Shown piece by piece: positions 55,518 to 64,000 of a DNA stretch of 64,000 nt. The notes below the pieces were generated by a model, which did no database searches, was not told the origin of the DNA, and saw nothing but the letters and a program-made list of their open reading frames with translations. Source of the DNA: a virus; the IMG/VR virus record IMGVR_UViG_3300032304_000900, positions 1 to 64,000 of that record; one strand, 5' to 3'. A program made the position numbers and the translations under genes. Position 1 is the stretch's first letter, and each line of letters opens with the position of its first letter.

Positions 55518-58436
55518 TTATACGATTAGTTTATGACCACCATTTGGATATGTTCCAGCATAGGTCTTGTGATTGTTCATAGTAAAATCTTGTTTCCTTT
55601 GATTACCCTGTCCATTGTATGATACATGAATCCACACTACATTTGGATCCTGATATTCTAAAATTAACTGATCGTGTGGAACTTTAGCAGCAATTTCTTG
55701 TATCAAATCATGATGTTTTTTACGATCAGTTGCTGATTTTCTTAATACAATATCGCAAGCCATACCTCTTGGATGCTGTGATGATGCGCTTTCAACACGA
55801 AGTAAACCAAGTTGTCGATAACCAGAAGTGATAATTATGTCTGATTTCGGGACAATTTTAATAATTGCTTCCATAGTATTTTGTGCCAATGCTTTTAAAT
55901 TACATATAATTTGCGCTTTAGTTAAACCTGCTTGGTCTTGTAATTTATGTGGTAAAGATGCGCCATTGATGTATCCTTTACCACCACCTGGAACGAAGTC
56001 GCCAAGATAGAAATTGTCTGACAATTTAGTATTCAGTGGGAATTCTGTCATATCTTTAAATGCTTCACAAGATACAGCTTTACCCTCTGGTGGTATTCCT
56101 TGTGGTTTTGGTGAACCCTCAACTTCTTTTGGATTTTGATCTGTTGGTGGCATATCGCCTCTCTGTCTTTTTCCTTCTACGAATGCAGTTGGATCGCCAT
56201 CTTCTGGAGCCTCGAATTGTGTTGCTGCAGAAGCACCTCTTGGTGGTAATGCTAAGTGCTCAAACTTAGAATTTACTGGAGTTTCTCTTGCTTCTGCTTC
56301 TTCTAAATCTGTAACATCTACTTCAGTAGCATCAGTTGCTTCAGAAGCAGTAGTAATACTCTGTGGTGGTAATGCACCAAGTCCACCAGAGTTTAAACCA
56401 ATTCTACCAGAACCAACAATGTTCACATTTGTACCAGAACTAATATCAAAACGCTGATTAGCACGTGTCGCAACAGCAGAACCACGAATATTTAAAATAG
56501 AGAAACAAGCAATGTTCATGTCGTCTTCTGAACGCATGTTTATATTTTTGTCTGCTGTTATGTTAAGAATACTTTTAACTTTAAAGTTTGTCGAAAGGTT
56601 ACTAGTCAAAAACAAGTTACCTTTGGCTTTGATATTTGTGTTTTGTGTAGTTGTTAAAAATAAATTTTGTTTAGATACGATATTCGTATCTTCTTTAGAC
56701 AATAAATTTAATGTTGTAGTAGTATTTACATTAGCAGATTCAACAGTTTCTAAATTGAAATTTTTACATCTGATGTTTAAATCTTCTAAAACGGACAAAT
56801 CCATTTTTCCAGAAACACGCATATCTACGTTGTTCTTAGCATAGATTTTAGCATCTCCTGTTACTTCAATGTTAGCATCACTTCTAAAGAAAACATTAGT
56901 AGATCCATCAACTGTTAAGTTATATGCACCTTTAATATACAAATATCCATTTCTATCAACAACATAATAACCATCTCCAACAATACGATTTACTTGTGTG
57001 CCATTGGCATCTACTTCAGTAAAAGTGCCTTTAGTGTGATAAGTGTGAATTCGCTCATTATTTGGTGTGTCGTCCCATTCTTGCACGTGTCCAGATTCTG
57101 ATTGATACACATGATTGTATGGATAAATTGCATTATATGGTGACTCTGGTTGATTCCAAGTTGCCTTAGTAATAGCTACTGGAACTTTCGTTGTTCTTGT
57201 TGAATCTTTTAATCCAACAATTGTTTTAGATACTTGTTCATGTCTAGCCAAACGATTTGTGTCTGGCTCATTTAGTAATTCTTTTATTGGATATTTACTG
57301 AATGGATCTTTAAAACCAAACTGTGGAACTCCTGGTCCACCATTAGAAACTGTACCATCAGGATTCTTTTCACCAATCGGCACAGTATTTGCATCAACAC
57401 CAGCTGGCACATTTTGAGGTAATGTTTTTGGCGGATCTCCTTCTAATGAAGCATATCCATTTTTGTATAATTCAGTTGTTGTATTACCATATCCATCTTG
57501 AACATCTTGTCCTGATTTCAATGCTCTAGAACGAGATACTCCATCTGGATGCGATGCATGTAAATAACCAAGAATTATTTTTTTATCAGTTTTATCATCA
57601 ATTAATGCGTAACGCTTTAATTCATTGTAATTAAAACGTGTCCATTCTTCCATAATTTTTTCTTGTATTTCTGCATTACCAAGAAATTCTGTAACAGATT
57701 TTAATCCACTTTTACCTTGCCAAATTGTATTATCAGCAAGTTTTTGATTAGATGGTGGTTCCGTTTCTCCGTTTGCGTTTAATGTTCTTCCAACATAACC
57801 AAGAGAGTTTAATGCTGGTCCAGTCATTTGATATTTACCAATACGTCCTTGTGCATTTACAGCACCATAATTTTGTGCACCAAGAACACCTTTAGTTCCA
57901 AACTCTAAAGAACCTCCAGGTTCAGAAGTTGTTTCTAATCTAGCAACAGCAATTTTATATTTTTCTATATCACCATCAGTTAAAACACCAATTGTTTGTT
58001 CAGCTACTTGTTGTTGATCTTCTTGTGTTGGCGTTGTGCTGTTTGATCCACCTTCGGTTTGTTGTTGTGGAGTACTAGAACCTGTTTCTACTTGTCCATC
58101 TGTTTTAATTAAATAATCATCACCATCATTTAAATAGTTTGTGCTAATTTCTGTATTTTGTGGAATGCCACCAATAGTTCCCATCATTATTGGTTGTTGT
58201 TTTTCCTCATCACGGAAAAACACAATAACCCATGTTCCCTCAACAGGACCAAGAGGTGTATAACCAATACCATTCATCGCAGCAGAAGTTACAGGTTGCA
58301 TTGGGTATGCCCAAGGCAATAACTCTGTTGGTAAATCTTTTTTATTTTCTGTGTGTAATCCTACTACTCGAACTTGACAGCGTCCTAATCGAGCAGGATC
58401 AATTCTATTTTCAACAACACCTGTATAAAGTATCAT
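55518..58436 (-). CDS. gp5: baseplate hub spike gp5 with an internal lysozyme-like domain and a C-terminal M15 peptidase
   Basis: OB-fold GVVENRIDP..LGR.QVR..GLH...LPWA; YPYNHVYQSESGH..E.DDTP..ERIH.YH..GTF.E; beta-helix repeats; SGYR...SQH..G.ACD...WIHVS. Confidence 0.9.
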   Translation of the reverse strand: MILYTGVVENRIDPARLGRCQVRVVGLHTENKKDLPTELLPWAYPMQPVTSAAMNGIGYTPLGPVEGTWVIVFFRDEEKQQPIMMGTIGGIPQNTEISTNYLNDGDDYLIKTDGQVETGSSTPQQQTEGGSNSTTPTQEDQQQVAEQTIGVLTDGDIEKYKIAVARLETTSEPGGSLEFGTKGVLGAQNYGAVNAQGRIGKYQMTGPALNSLGYVGRTLNANGETEPPSNQKLADNTIWQGKSGLKSVTEFLGNAEIQEKIMEEWTRFNYNELKRYALIDDKTDKKIILGYLHASHPDGVSRSRALKSGQDVQDGYGNTTTELYKNGYASLEGDPPKTLPQNVPAGVDANTVPIGEKNPDGTVSNGGPGVPQFGFKDPFSKYPIKELLNEPDTNRLARHEQVSKTIVGLKDSTRTTKVPVAITKATWNQPESPYNAIYPYNHVYQSESGHVQEWDDTPNNERIHTYHTKGTFTEVDANGTQVNRIVGDGYYVVDRNGYLYIKGAYNLTVDGSTNVFFRSDANIEVTGDAKIYAKNNVDMRVSGKMDLSVLEDLNIRCKNFNLETVESANVNTTTTLNLLSKEDTNIVSKQNLFLTTTQNTNIKAKGNLFLTSNLSTNFKVKSILNITADKNINMRSEDDMNIACFSILNIRGSAVATRANQRFDISSGTNVNIVGSGRIGLNSGGLGALPPQSITTASEATDATEVDVTDLEEAEARETPVNSKFEHLALPPRGASAATQFEAPEDGDPTAFVEGKRQRGDMPPTDQNPKEVEGSPKPQGIPPEGKAVSCEAFKDMTEFPLNTKLSDNFYLGDFVPGGGKGYINGASLPHKLQDQAGLTKAQIICNLKALAQNTMEAIIKIVPKSDIIITSGYRQLGLLRVESASSQHPRGMACDIVLRKSATDRKKHHDLIQEIAAKVPHDQLILEYQDPNVVWIHVSYNGQGNQRKQDFTMNNHKTYAGTYPNGGHKLIV

Positions 58437-59728
58437 TCCGAACCTTCTTTTGTTAAATCAACAATTAATGAGTCTTTAATTATGGACATGTGTATTTCAT
58501 GTTTTTCTCTATTTAAATTATGACATAAAGAAGCAATCATATACCTACCAGAAAATGTTTTATCAAGTAATTGTTCTTCCTGATCTTTTTGATTGAAAGG
58601 TGTTGGACGATACATATAAACATCAACAACATCGCCGACACACAAGTCGCTTCTTCCTGGAACAGTAATATCCATGTAATAAGCATTTATTTCGTTCATA
58701 TGCATAATATTTTTTAAATACCATGTTTTCATTTTATCAGTTTTGAAATTACTAAAATTTTCTAATGCTCTTGGTTTAACATCTAAAAATGCAAAAGTTT
58801 TTGATGGTAAATTTACAGTTGACAATGGATATTTGTTTAAATGGTTGTGATTTTTAAATTCATCTTCGTATGTTAATGTTTGTACATTATATGTTTTTGT
58901 TACAATCTCATGTGTAATTAATCTAGATTTATACATACCAGATTGAATTCTATTCATATAATCAAATGCTGTGTTAATTTTAACTGAATTGATTCTTGAT
59001 AATGTTTCTGCTATATCTCTAGAAGAACCACCACCATCTGCAGATGGATCTCTTGAATTGTTATCATAAATATATTTTGTTTTTGGATCTTGTGATAGCA
59101 AAGTGTCTATACTTGCATAATTAAATCCTCTATTATTTTCAAAAAATATAAAATTCGCAGATTCAGTTTCTTGAGATAAAGATCTTTTTGCTAAAAAATT
59201 TATATTTGTAAATGGCGTCCAAAAATTAGATACATACATTGTTGTATTTTTAGTCTTTTCAATGTTAATTTTTTTATCAGTTCTTAACTCTTGTTTTAAA
59301 ATTTGTTCAACTACTGTACTAATAGTCCCAGCAAATCCTTTACTTACTTTAGCATTTAAATCTCTCACTGTTTCGAAAGAAACAAAATGTAAAGTATATT
59401 CAACTGCTCTTTCAGCTGTATATTTTCTATCTGTCATTTTATAAATGTAAAACTCTTGTTCGTATAACCCATCTTTTTCATCAATAGAAGGTGTTTTAAA
59501 TGTAATCAAAAGTTTTTCTTCACCAATCATTGGCATTAAATTAACGAGATCTTGCGCATCATTTAATGTGATGTTACCAGACATTGTTGGTGAATACATG
59601 TCTTCGTAAATATTAATGTCGATTACAAAATTGAATACATCAAAAATTGTGCCTTTAACAGATCCAATTTTTACATCAATTAATTGAAAATCGCCAGCCG
59701 ATTTAATTTTTTCAACTTCAGAACTCAT
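58433..59728 (-). CDS. baseplate hub protein (gp27-like)
   Basis: INIYEDMYSP.MSG.I...D...L....P.IGEE.L, FIFFEN..GFN..S, VPGRSDL.VGDVV, SGRYMI..L.H; position between gp53 and gp5. Confidence 0.65.
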   Translation of the reverse strand: MSSEVEKIKSAGDFQLIDVKIGSVKGTIFDVFNFVIDINIYEDMYSPTMSGNITLNDAQDLVNLMPMIGEEKLLITFKTPSIDEKDGLYEQEFYIYKMTDRKYTAERAVEYTLHFVSFETVRDLNAKVSKGFAGTISTVVEQILKQELRTDKKINIEKTKNTTMYVSNFWTPFTNINFLAKRSLSQETESANFIFFENNRGFNYASIDTLLSQDPKTKYIYDNNSRDPSADGGGSSRDIAETLSRINSVKINTAFDYMNRIQSGMYKSRLITHEIVTKTYNVQTLTYEDEFKNHNHLNKYPLSTVNLPSKTFAFLDVKPRALENFSNFKTDKMKTWYLKNIMHMNEINAYYMDITVPGRSDLCVGDVVDVYMYRPTPFNQKDQEEQLLDKTFSGRYMIASLCHNLNREKHEIHMSIIKDSLIVDLTKEGSE

Positions 59729-60246
59729 TATTTTAGAATCTCTCTAAACTGTCGTATAACTTCGCCAAGTATATCTGCAGGAATAATTTTAATTCTTCTT
59801 TTAGATTCGTTTTTATCAACCTCATATTCAAAGTTAGTTACTGGTGTCGCATCAGCAACACCAAGTTCATTAACATAATCTGACATTACAATATATCCTG
59901 CAGTTGAAATATAATGTCTTATATTATTTGCTGCTGCTCCATATTTTTCATCAATGAAAACTTCTAATTGTTTTTGAGGAAGAGGAAAATCATTTATGTA
60001 ATCATATCTTTCATTTGTTAACATAATAATCCAATGATAATATGGAGTTCCATAAAATTTTTCAGAAATTATTTCTGGATTTTCTCCATCCCTAATATCA
60101 TATTCTTCATAAAATGTAAGATTAGCAAATAGATTTGTTTTAACTCTAACATTAGTAATTATGTCAGAAATTAAATACTCCTTTGGTTCCTCTCCAAATT
60201 CAGAAAAATCTACAACTGCTACAGGAAAATTTTTAAAGTATGACAT
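59728..60246 (-). CDS. gp53: baseplate wedge protein (T4 gp53)
   Basis: YFKNFP, Y.IRDGENPE.IS.KFYG...YHWII.L.N, N.EYE...NESKRRIKI. Confidence 0.92.
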   Translation of the reverse strand: MSYFKNFPVAVVDFSEFGEEPKEYLISDIITNVRVKTNLFANLTFYEEYDIRDGENPEIISEKFYGTPYYHWIIMLTNERYDYINDFPLPQKQLEVFIDEKYGAAANNIRHYISTAGYIVMSDYVNELGVADATPVTNFEYEVDKNESKRRIKIIPADILGEVIRQFREILK

Positions 60247-60247
60247 A

Positions 60248-61474
60248 TTAGAATGACGCTAAGTTGGCATCTGCAAAATTTTGACTGCTGAAATTTGCTT
60301 TTCCATCTGGACCTTGACCTAAGAATCTTTCTTTGGTTAATGTTTCCAGTTCTAAAAATTGCATTTGCACATTTATTTGTGTTGGAAATCCATCTGGATG
60401 TGTCGCTAGTTGTCCATTTGGTGCGTAATTAACTTGTAAATCTGTAAGGACACAAGTTGAAATTCTATTCAAATGAGGATGTTCTCTATCTCCAAAATAA
60501 TACACAATATCAAACTCAGAAGGAAACAAATAAAGCATTTTGTTTACATTGTTTTGAAACTCTGGATGCATGTAAAATTTAAATGTGTTAATAATTCTTT
60601 TTACATTCGCTGCCTCTTCTGGTGATCTTGGAGCAAATTGATAATTAAATGAAAATCTACGAAATTCCATAGATTTAAATAGTTGTTCTTTTCTTGGATT
60701 CGGTGCTGCTTTATATAAAGCTGAAAGCATGCTTCTAGCAGGATTCATTTCAAATCCCTTTACAACAGCACCACCTGTTCCAGTTGCCATTGCGCCAGCA
60801 TTAGGATTCGTTCCTGCTTCTGCTGCTGCTCCAAAAATAGCACCAAGTTCTTCCTCACCATATGTAGCTCTATAACCTACATTTACTTCATTAGGGACAT
60901 GTAAAGCAATAGCATTTCTTAGACGTTTAATTTTTTGTGTTGCTTTAAGACCACTCATTCCTGGAGCATTTTCTAGAATTTTACCGTAAGCAACAGCTGC
61001 TCCAGTAGTAGCACCACCTGTAACTGCGCCAGCTCCAGCAGAACCAACAGTTCCTTTTAAAAACCTTGCTGTTCCACCACTTGTGCCAATTTGACTTGCT
61101 CCCTGCCCAGCACCAGCGAATGCTCCAGTAACACCACCAACTACAGCACCACCAGTTGCAGCAGCACCAGTAGCCTGTCCCATGCTTACTTGTTTTCCTT
61201 GAACAGTATTTTGTTCTGTTTTATCTACATCACCAACTACACCAATTTTTCCTTCTGAGAAAACACGAGATTGTTCAGAAACATTAATATAAAAAACAAC
61301 ATAATTTAAGTATGATTGATTAAAAAAGTTCTGACCTACTTTTCCAATTTCACCACCTTGACTACTAAAGAGATCTATTGGGTAGTGTAAATTTTCCACA
61401 TTGTATTTACTTCGATCTAATGCGGTCTCTCTTGTTATTTTTGGCGTTTGTGGAGGTGTTGTTCTTTCTGCCAT
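60248..61474 (-). CDS. gp48: baseplate tail-tube cap (T4 gp48)
   Basis: YPIDL, IALHVP, NPRKEQLFKSM.FR.FSF.Y.F.PRS..EA, CVLT.L.VNY.P.G, F.ELE.LTKE. Confidence 0.9.
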   Translation of the reverse strand: MAERTTPPQTPKITRETALDRSKYNVENLHYPIDLFSSQGGEIGKVGQNFFNQSYLNYVVFYINVSEQSRVFSEGKIGVVGDVDKTEQNTVQGKQVSMGQATGAAATGGAVVGGVTGAFAGAGQGASQIGTSGGTARFLKGTVGSAGAGAVTGGATTGAAVAYGKILENAPGMSGLKATQKIKRLRNAIALHVPNEVNVGYRATYGEEELGAIFGAAAEAGTNPNAGAMATGTGGAVVKGFEMNPARSMLSALYKAAPNPRKEQLFKSMEFRRFSFNYQFAPRSPEEAANVKRIINTFKFYMHPEFQNNVNKMLYLFPSEFDIVYYFGDREHPHLNRISTCVLTDLQVNYAPNGQLATHPDGFPTQINVQMQFLELETLTKERFLGQGPDGKANFSSQNFADANLASF

Positions 61475-61480
61475 GATAGT

Positions 61481-61517
61481 CCTAAATATAGGTGGTTGTT
61501 ATTTAATATTATTTATT
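61481..61517. promoter_or_regulatory. overlapping late promoters for the divergent genes gp48 (-) and gp4 (+)
   Basis: CCTAAATA at 61481-61488 (+); ATTAAATA 61507-61500 and AATAAATA 61517-61510 (-). Confidence 0.65.
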
Positions 61518-61518
61518 C

Positions 61519-61977
61519 ATGTTTCACAAAGGCAAATTCAGACCAAAACATCCCCAAAAATATGATGGCGATCCAACAAATATAATTTATAGAAGTAGTT
61601 GGGAATTGCGTTTTATGATTTGGGCAGACGAAAAACCGAATGTCACAAAATGGCGATCGGAGGAGACTGTTATTCCATATATTTCGCCGATTGACAATAA
61701 GCTGCACAGATACTTTGTTGATTTTCAAATTCAAATTAAAGATAAAACTGGGGTACTAAAAACTTATTTAATTGAAATAAAACCAGAAATCCAAACAAAA
61801 CCACCTGTAGTCCAGAGGCGAGTTACAAAAAGGTATCTTGAAGAAGTTGTAACGTGGGGTAAAAATGAAGCCAAATGGAAAGCAGCAAAAGAATACGCAA
61901 AAGACAGGGGTTGGGAATTTTTAATTATAACAGAAAAGAATCTTGGAATAACAAATAATTGGTATAAGACTAAATAA
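61519..61977 (+). CDS. gp4: head completion nuclease (T4 gp4)
   Basis: KGKFRP..P.KY.GDPTNIIYRSSWE, W.SEE..IPY.SP.D...HRYF.DF, LIEIKP, N.AKW.AA, F.I.TE. Confidence 0.95.
   Translation: MFHKGKFRPKHPQKYDGDPTNIIYRSSWELRFMIWADEKPNVTKWRSEETVIPYISPIDNKLHRYFVDFQIQIKDKTGVLKTYLIEIKPEIQTKPPVVQRRVTKRYLEEVVTWGKNEAKWKAAKEYAKDRGWEFLIITEKNLGITNNWYKTK
61969..61976 (+). promoter_or_regulatory. late promoter ACTAAATA (gp2)
   Basis: 5 nt before the gp2 ATG. Confidence 0.6.
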
Positions 61978-61981
61978 TTGA

Positions 61982-62566
61982 ATGAAAAAACAATCAACTG
62001 GTAAATTAGAATCTATCTTTAACGATAGCGCATATGATATATCTGCTGCTAAAAAGTCGCAACAGTGGTTCACAGCACAAATTAAAAAACTATCTACAGC
62101 AACTCCACAAAAAGTTTTACGTGATGGAACATTAACATCAACTATGATTCCTGGAGGAATGTATCTGTTTTACTATGACCCAAAACACAAAGATACATTA
62201 CCATATTATGACAGATTTCCATTAGTTTTGCCATTTAGAAAAGTAAAAGGTGGTTTCTACGGATTAAACTTTCATTACTTACCACCTTTGTTGCGTGTAA
62301 GATTACTGGATAGATTGTTACAATTTTCAACAACAGCTGGCTTAACAGAACAAACAAAATTAAGATTTAAATATCAACTTATTGCTGGAAGCGCAAAATT
62401 TGCAGCAGCACAACCTTGTGTAAAAATGTATTTGAATAATCATGTAATGAGTAGATTTGTTGAAATAAACCCAAACGATTGGGTAACTGCTATGCTACTT
62501 CCTGTAGAAAGGTTTGTTGGAGCAAATAAAGACAATGTTTGGAGAGATTCTAAAAGGGCAATCTAA
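61982..62566 (+). CDS. gp2: DNA end protector (T4 gp2)
   Basis: GGMYLFYYDPKHKDTLPYYDRFPLV, GF.GLNFHYLP...R, CVK.YL..HV.S, LP.ERF......VW.DS. Confidence 0.93.
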   Translation: MKKQSTGKLESIFNDSAYDISAAKKSQQWFTAQIKKLSTATPQKVLRDGTLTSTMIPGGMYLFYYDPKHKDTLPYYDRFPLVLPFRKVKGGFYGLNFHYLPPLLRVRLLDRLLQFSTTAGLTEQTKLRFKYQLIAGSAKFAAAQPCVKMYLNNHVMSRFVEINPNDWVTAMLLPVERFVGANKDNVWRDSKRAI

Positions 62567-63234
62567 TGGCATCAATTAACGAATTTATAGCACAAGTAAA
62601 AGAAGAAGGATTAGCAAGAGATAATCGATATCTTGTTACAATCACACCACCACAATTTTTGGTCGCTAACGCACCAGATGTAAAATTAAGATTGTTGTGC
62701 CAAAGTGTATCAATGCCAGGAATGAATTTTGTTTCAAACCCAGTACTAACATATGGCGAACAACGTGAAGTGATTTACAATCGTCAATTTGAACCAATTA
62801 ATATGGAGTGGATACTTGATAGTAGATTGGATATTAAAAAGTTTTGGGATGAGTGGCAACAACTAATGATTCATCCAGTTTCTAGAATGGTTAGTTACTA
62901 TGAAGATTATATTGGAACAATTGAAATCGATCAACTAGATGCAAGCAACGAAGAAAGACCAAGATATGCTGTAAGATTATATGAAGCATATCCTAAAACA
63001 GTAGCACCAATTTCTTTTAGTGCGGGATCAAAAGAAATTACTAAGTTGTCAGTAACAATTGAATACAAATATTGGCTACCATTAAATGTAGCAAGTAGCA
63101 GTAATGATTCACAATATATTCCAGATTTTAATATGGGGTCGCCATCATATCAAGATTTACTTGGTGGTGGAATTCAATCATTTAATGTATCAGGAAGTAC
63201 ATTAGATTGGCCATATCAAGAAATTGACATATAA
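62566..63234 (+). CDS. gp54: baseplate tail-tube initiator (T4 gp54, gp19-like fold)
   Basis: GLAR.NRY.V, LLCQSVS.PG, FWDEWQ, YYEDY.G.IEI.QL, L.EAYPKTV, KLSVT..YKYW. Confidence 0.75.
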   Translation: MASINEFIAQVKEEGLARDNRYLVTITPPQFLVANAPDVKLRLLCQSVSMPGMNFVSNPVLTYGEQREVIYNRQFEPINMEWILDSRLDIKKFWDEWQQLMIHPVSRMVSYYEDYIGTIEIDQLDASNEERPRYAVRLYEAYPKTVAPISFSAGSKEITKLSVTIEYKYWLPLNVASSSNDSQYIPDFNMGSPSYQDLLGGGIQSFNVSGSTLDWPYQEIDI

Positions 63235-63261
63235 TAACAATAATAAAAAGAAAGGGTAATT

Positions 63262-63684
63262 ATGTCAGAAGAAAAAGCAAAAGAAGATTGGATGCAAAAG
63301 AAATGGCGTCCTGCTATGGGATGGATGTATATGGTTGTATGTTTCTGTGACATGGTTTTATTTCCAGTAGCTTGGTCAATTCTACAAGCAGTATTACATC
63401 AACCTGTTACACAATGGAATCCTCTAACACTACAGGGTGCAGGTTTATTTCACTTGGCTATGGGTGCTGTATTAGGTATTGCTGCTTGGGGTAGAACGCA
63501 AGAGAAAGTTGCTGGAGCATCAACTGTTCCAACATCAGTAGGTTTACCAACTCCATCTCCAATAAGTTCAAGTATGCCATCATTATCACCAACACCAACA
63601 GTAACACCATCACCAATGGCATCTGCTAAAATTCCTGATGATGCTCCTGTTGTTCCTAAAGGACGCATGAAAATTGAAGACTGA
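63262..63684 (+). CDS. holin-like membrane protein (3TM 'gene-transfer release' holin family) with Pro/Ser/Thr tail
   Basis: WMQKKWRPAMGW.Y, QWNPLTLQGAGLFHLAMGAVLG..AWGRTQEK. Confidence 0.7.
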   Translation: MSEEKAKEDWMQKKWRPAMGWMYMVVCFCDMVLFPVAWSILQAVLHQPVTQWNPLTLQGAGLFHLAMGAVLGIAAWGRTQEKVAGASTVPTSVGLPTPSPISSSMPSLSPTPTVTPSPMASAKIPDDAPVVPKGRMKIED

Positions 63685-64000
63685 TAAAGAATTGAGTAAA
63701 GTTTTTGACATTGAAGTTGAAAATGAAAAGGTAGGTGTAACAACAAATCTTGTTATTCAAGATGATGTTGTAAAAACATCTACGGAAAAAGTTGAGTCTG
63801 ATTTTGATCAGACAAGAAAAAACTTGCATCTTCTCTTGTTACAGGGAGAAGATGCTTTGATGGGTGCTCTTGAAGTTGCAAAATCTTCAGAGCATCCACG
63901 TGCTTTTGAAGTTGTTGGAAATTTAATAAAACAACTTGCTGATGTAAACCAGCAACTTATGGATCTTCATAAACAGAAACAAAATTTAGAAGAAACGAAA
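63674..64000 (+). CDS. gp16: terminase small subunit (T4 gp16), TTG start, runs off the window
   Basis: Hand translation: MKTDKELSKVFDIE...ESDFDQTRKNLHLLLLQGEDALMGALEVAKSSEHPRAFEVVGNLIKQLADVNQQLMDLHKQK; SEHPRAFEV is the gp16 hallmark. Confidence 0.9.
   Translation, partial: MKTDKELSKVFDIEVENEKVGVTTNLVIQDDVVKTSTEKVESDFDQTRKNLHLLLLQGEDALMGALEVAKSSEHPRAFEVVGNLIKQLADVNQQLMDLHKQKQNLEETK

Noticed and set aside
63224-63252. TTGACA upstream of the holin as a sigma70 promoter
   Set aside because: No convincing -10 box at 16-18 bp spacing.
70-63746. Many 60-140-aa opposite-strand or alternate-frame ORFs in the track (e.g. 270..701, 5253..5639, 10771..11046, 56512..56844, 63450..63746)
   Set aside because: Shadows of well-supported genes, with no RBS or recognisable motifs.
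1-64000. Stop-codon recoding, introns/inteins, homing endonucleases, tRNAs
   Set aside because: Core genes are full length in the standard code with normal sizes, and intergenic gaps are too short or show no cloverleaf.

Overview
This window is a 64-kb segment of a large T4-like (contractile-tailed) dsDNA phage genome. Its gene content and order resemble marine and freshwater cyanophage/pelagiphage-type T4-likes more than coliphage T4. The host cannot be determined from the sequence. Almost everything from 1 to 61474 is on the minus strand. Reading in transcription order (right to left): baseplate genes (gp48, gp53, gp27-like hub, gp5, PAAR, gp25, gp6, gp7, gp8, DUF4815/VrlC-like giant); a ~15-kb block of accessory virion/fibre genes (including a 1774-aa repeat protein and two large paralogs); neck/tail/head core (gp13, 14, 15, 17, 18, 19, 20, 67, 21, 22, 23, gp3); UvsY, UvsW, late sigma gp55, gp47/gp46; then small accessory/early genes (TIGR02466-type 2OG-Fe(II) oxygenase, a Cys-rich micro-protein, a YodL-like protein). 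From 61519 the plus strand carries gp4, gp2, gp54, a 3TM holin and a truncated gp16 that the ORF track misses. Visible signals: three perfect sigma70 promoters (TTGACA-17-TATAAT), many T4-type late TATA boxes (NNTAAATA), and a C(UUCG)G terminator. Most notable observations: (i) a perfect host-type promoter pointing antisense into the late baseplate operon with no ORF behind it; (ii) a giant repeat fibre studded with WxD[FY]xE[LF] loops, a motif that also appears in gp7; (iii) a gp5 spike with two different peptidoglycan hydrolase domains; (iv) gp16 separated from gp17 by 44 kb and inverted; (v) a YodL-like first early gene behind palindromic operator-like sites. No tRNA, rRNA, CRISPR, integrase, intron/intein or reverse transcriptase was recognised. 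All family calls come from motif recognition and synteny by eye; no searches were run.
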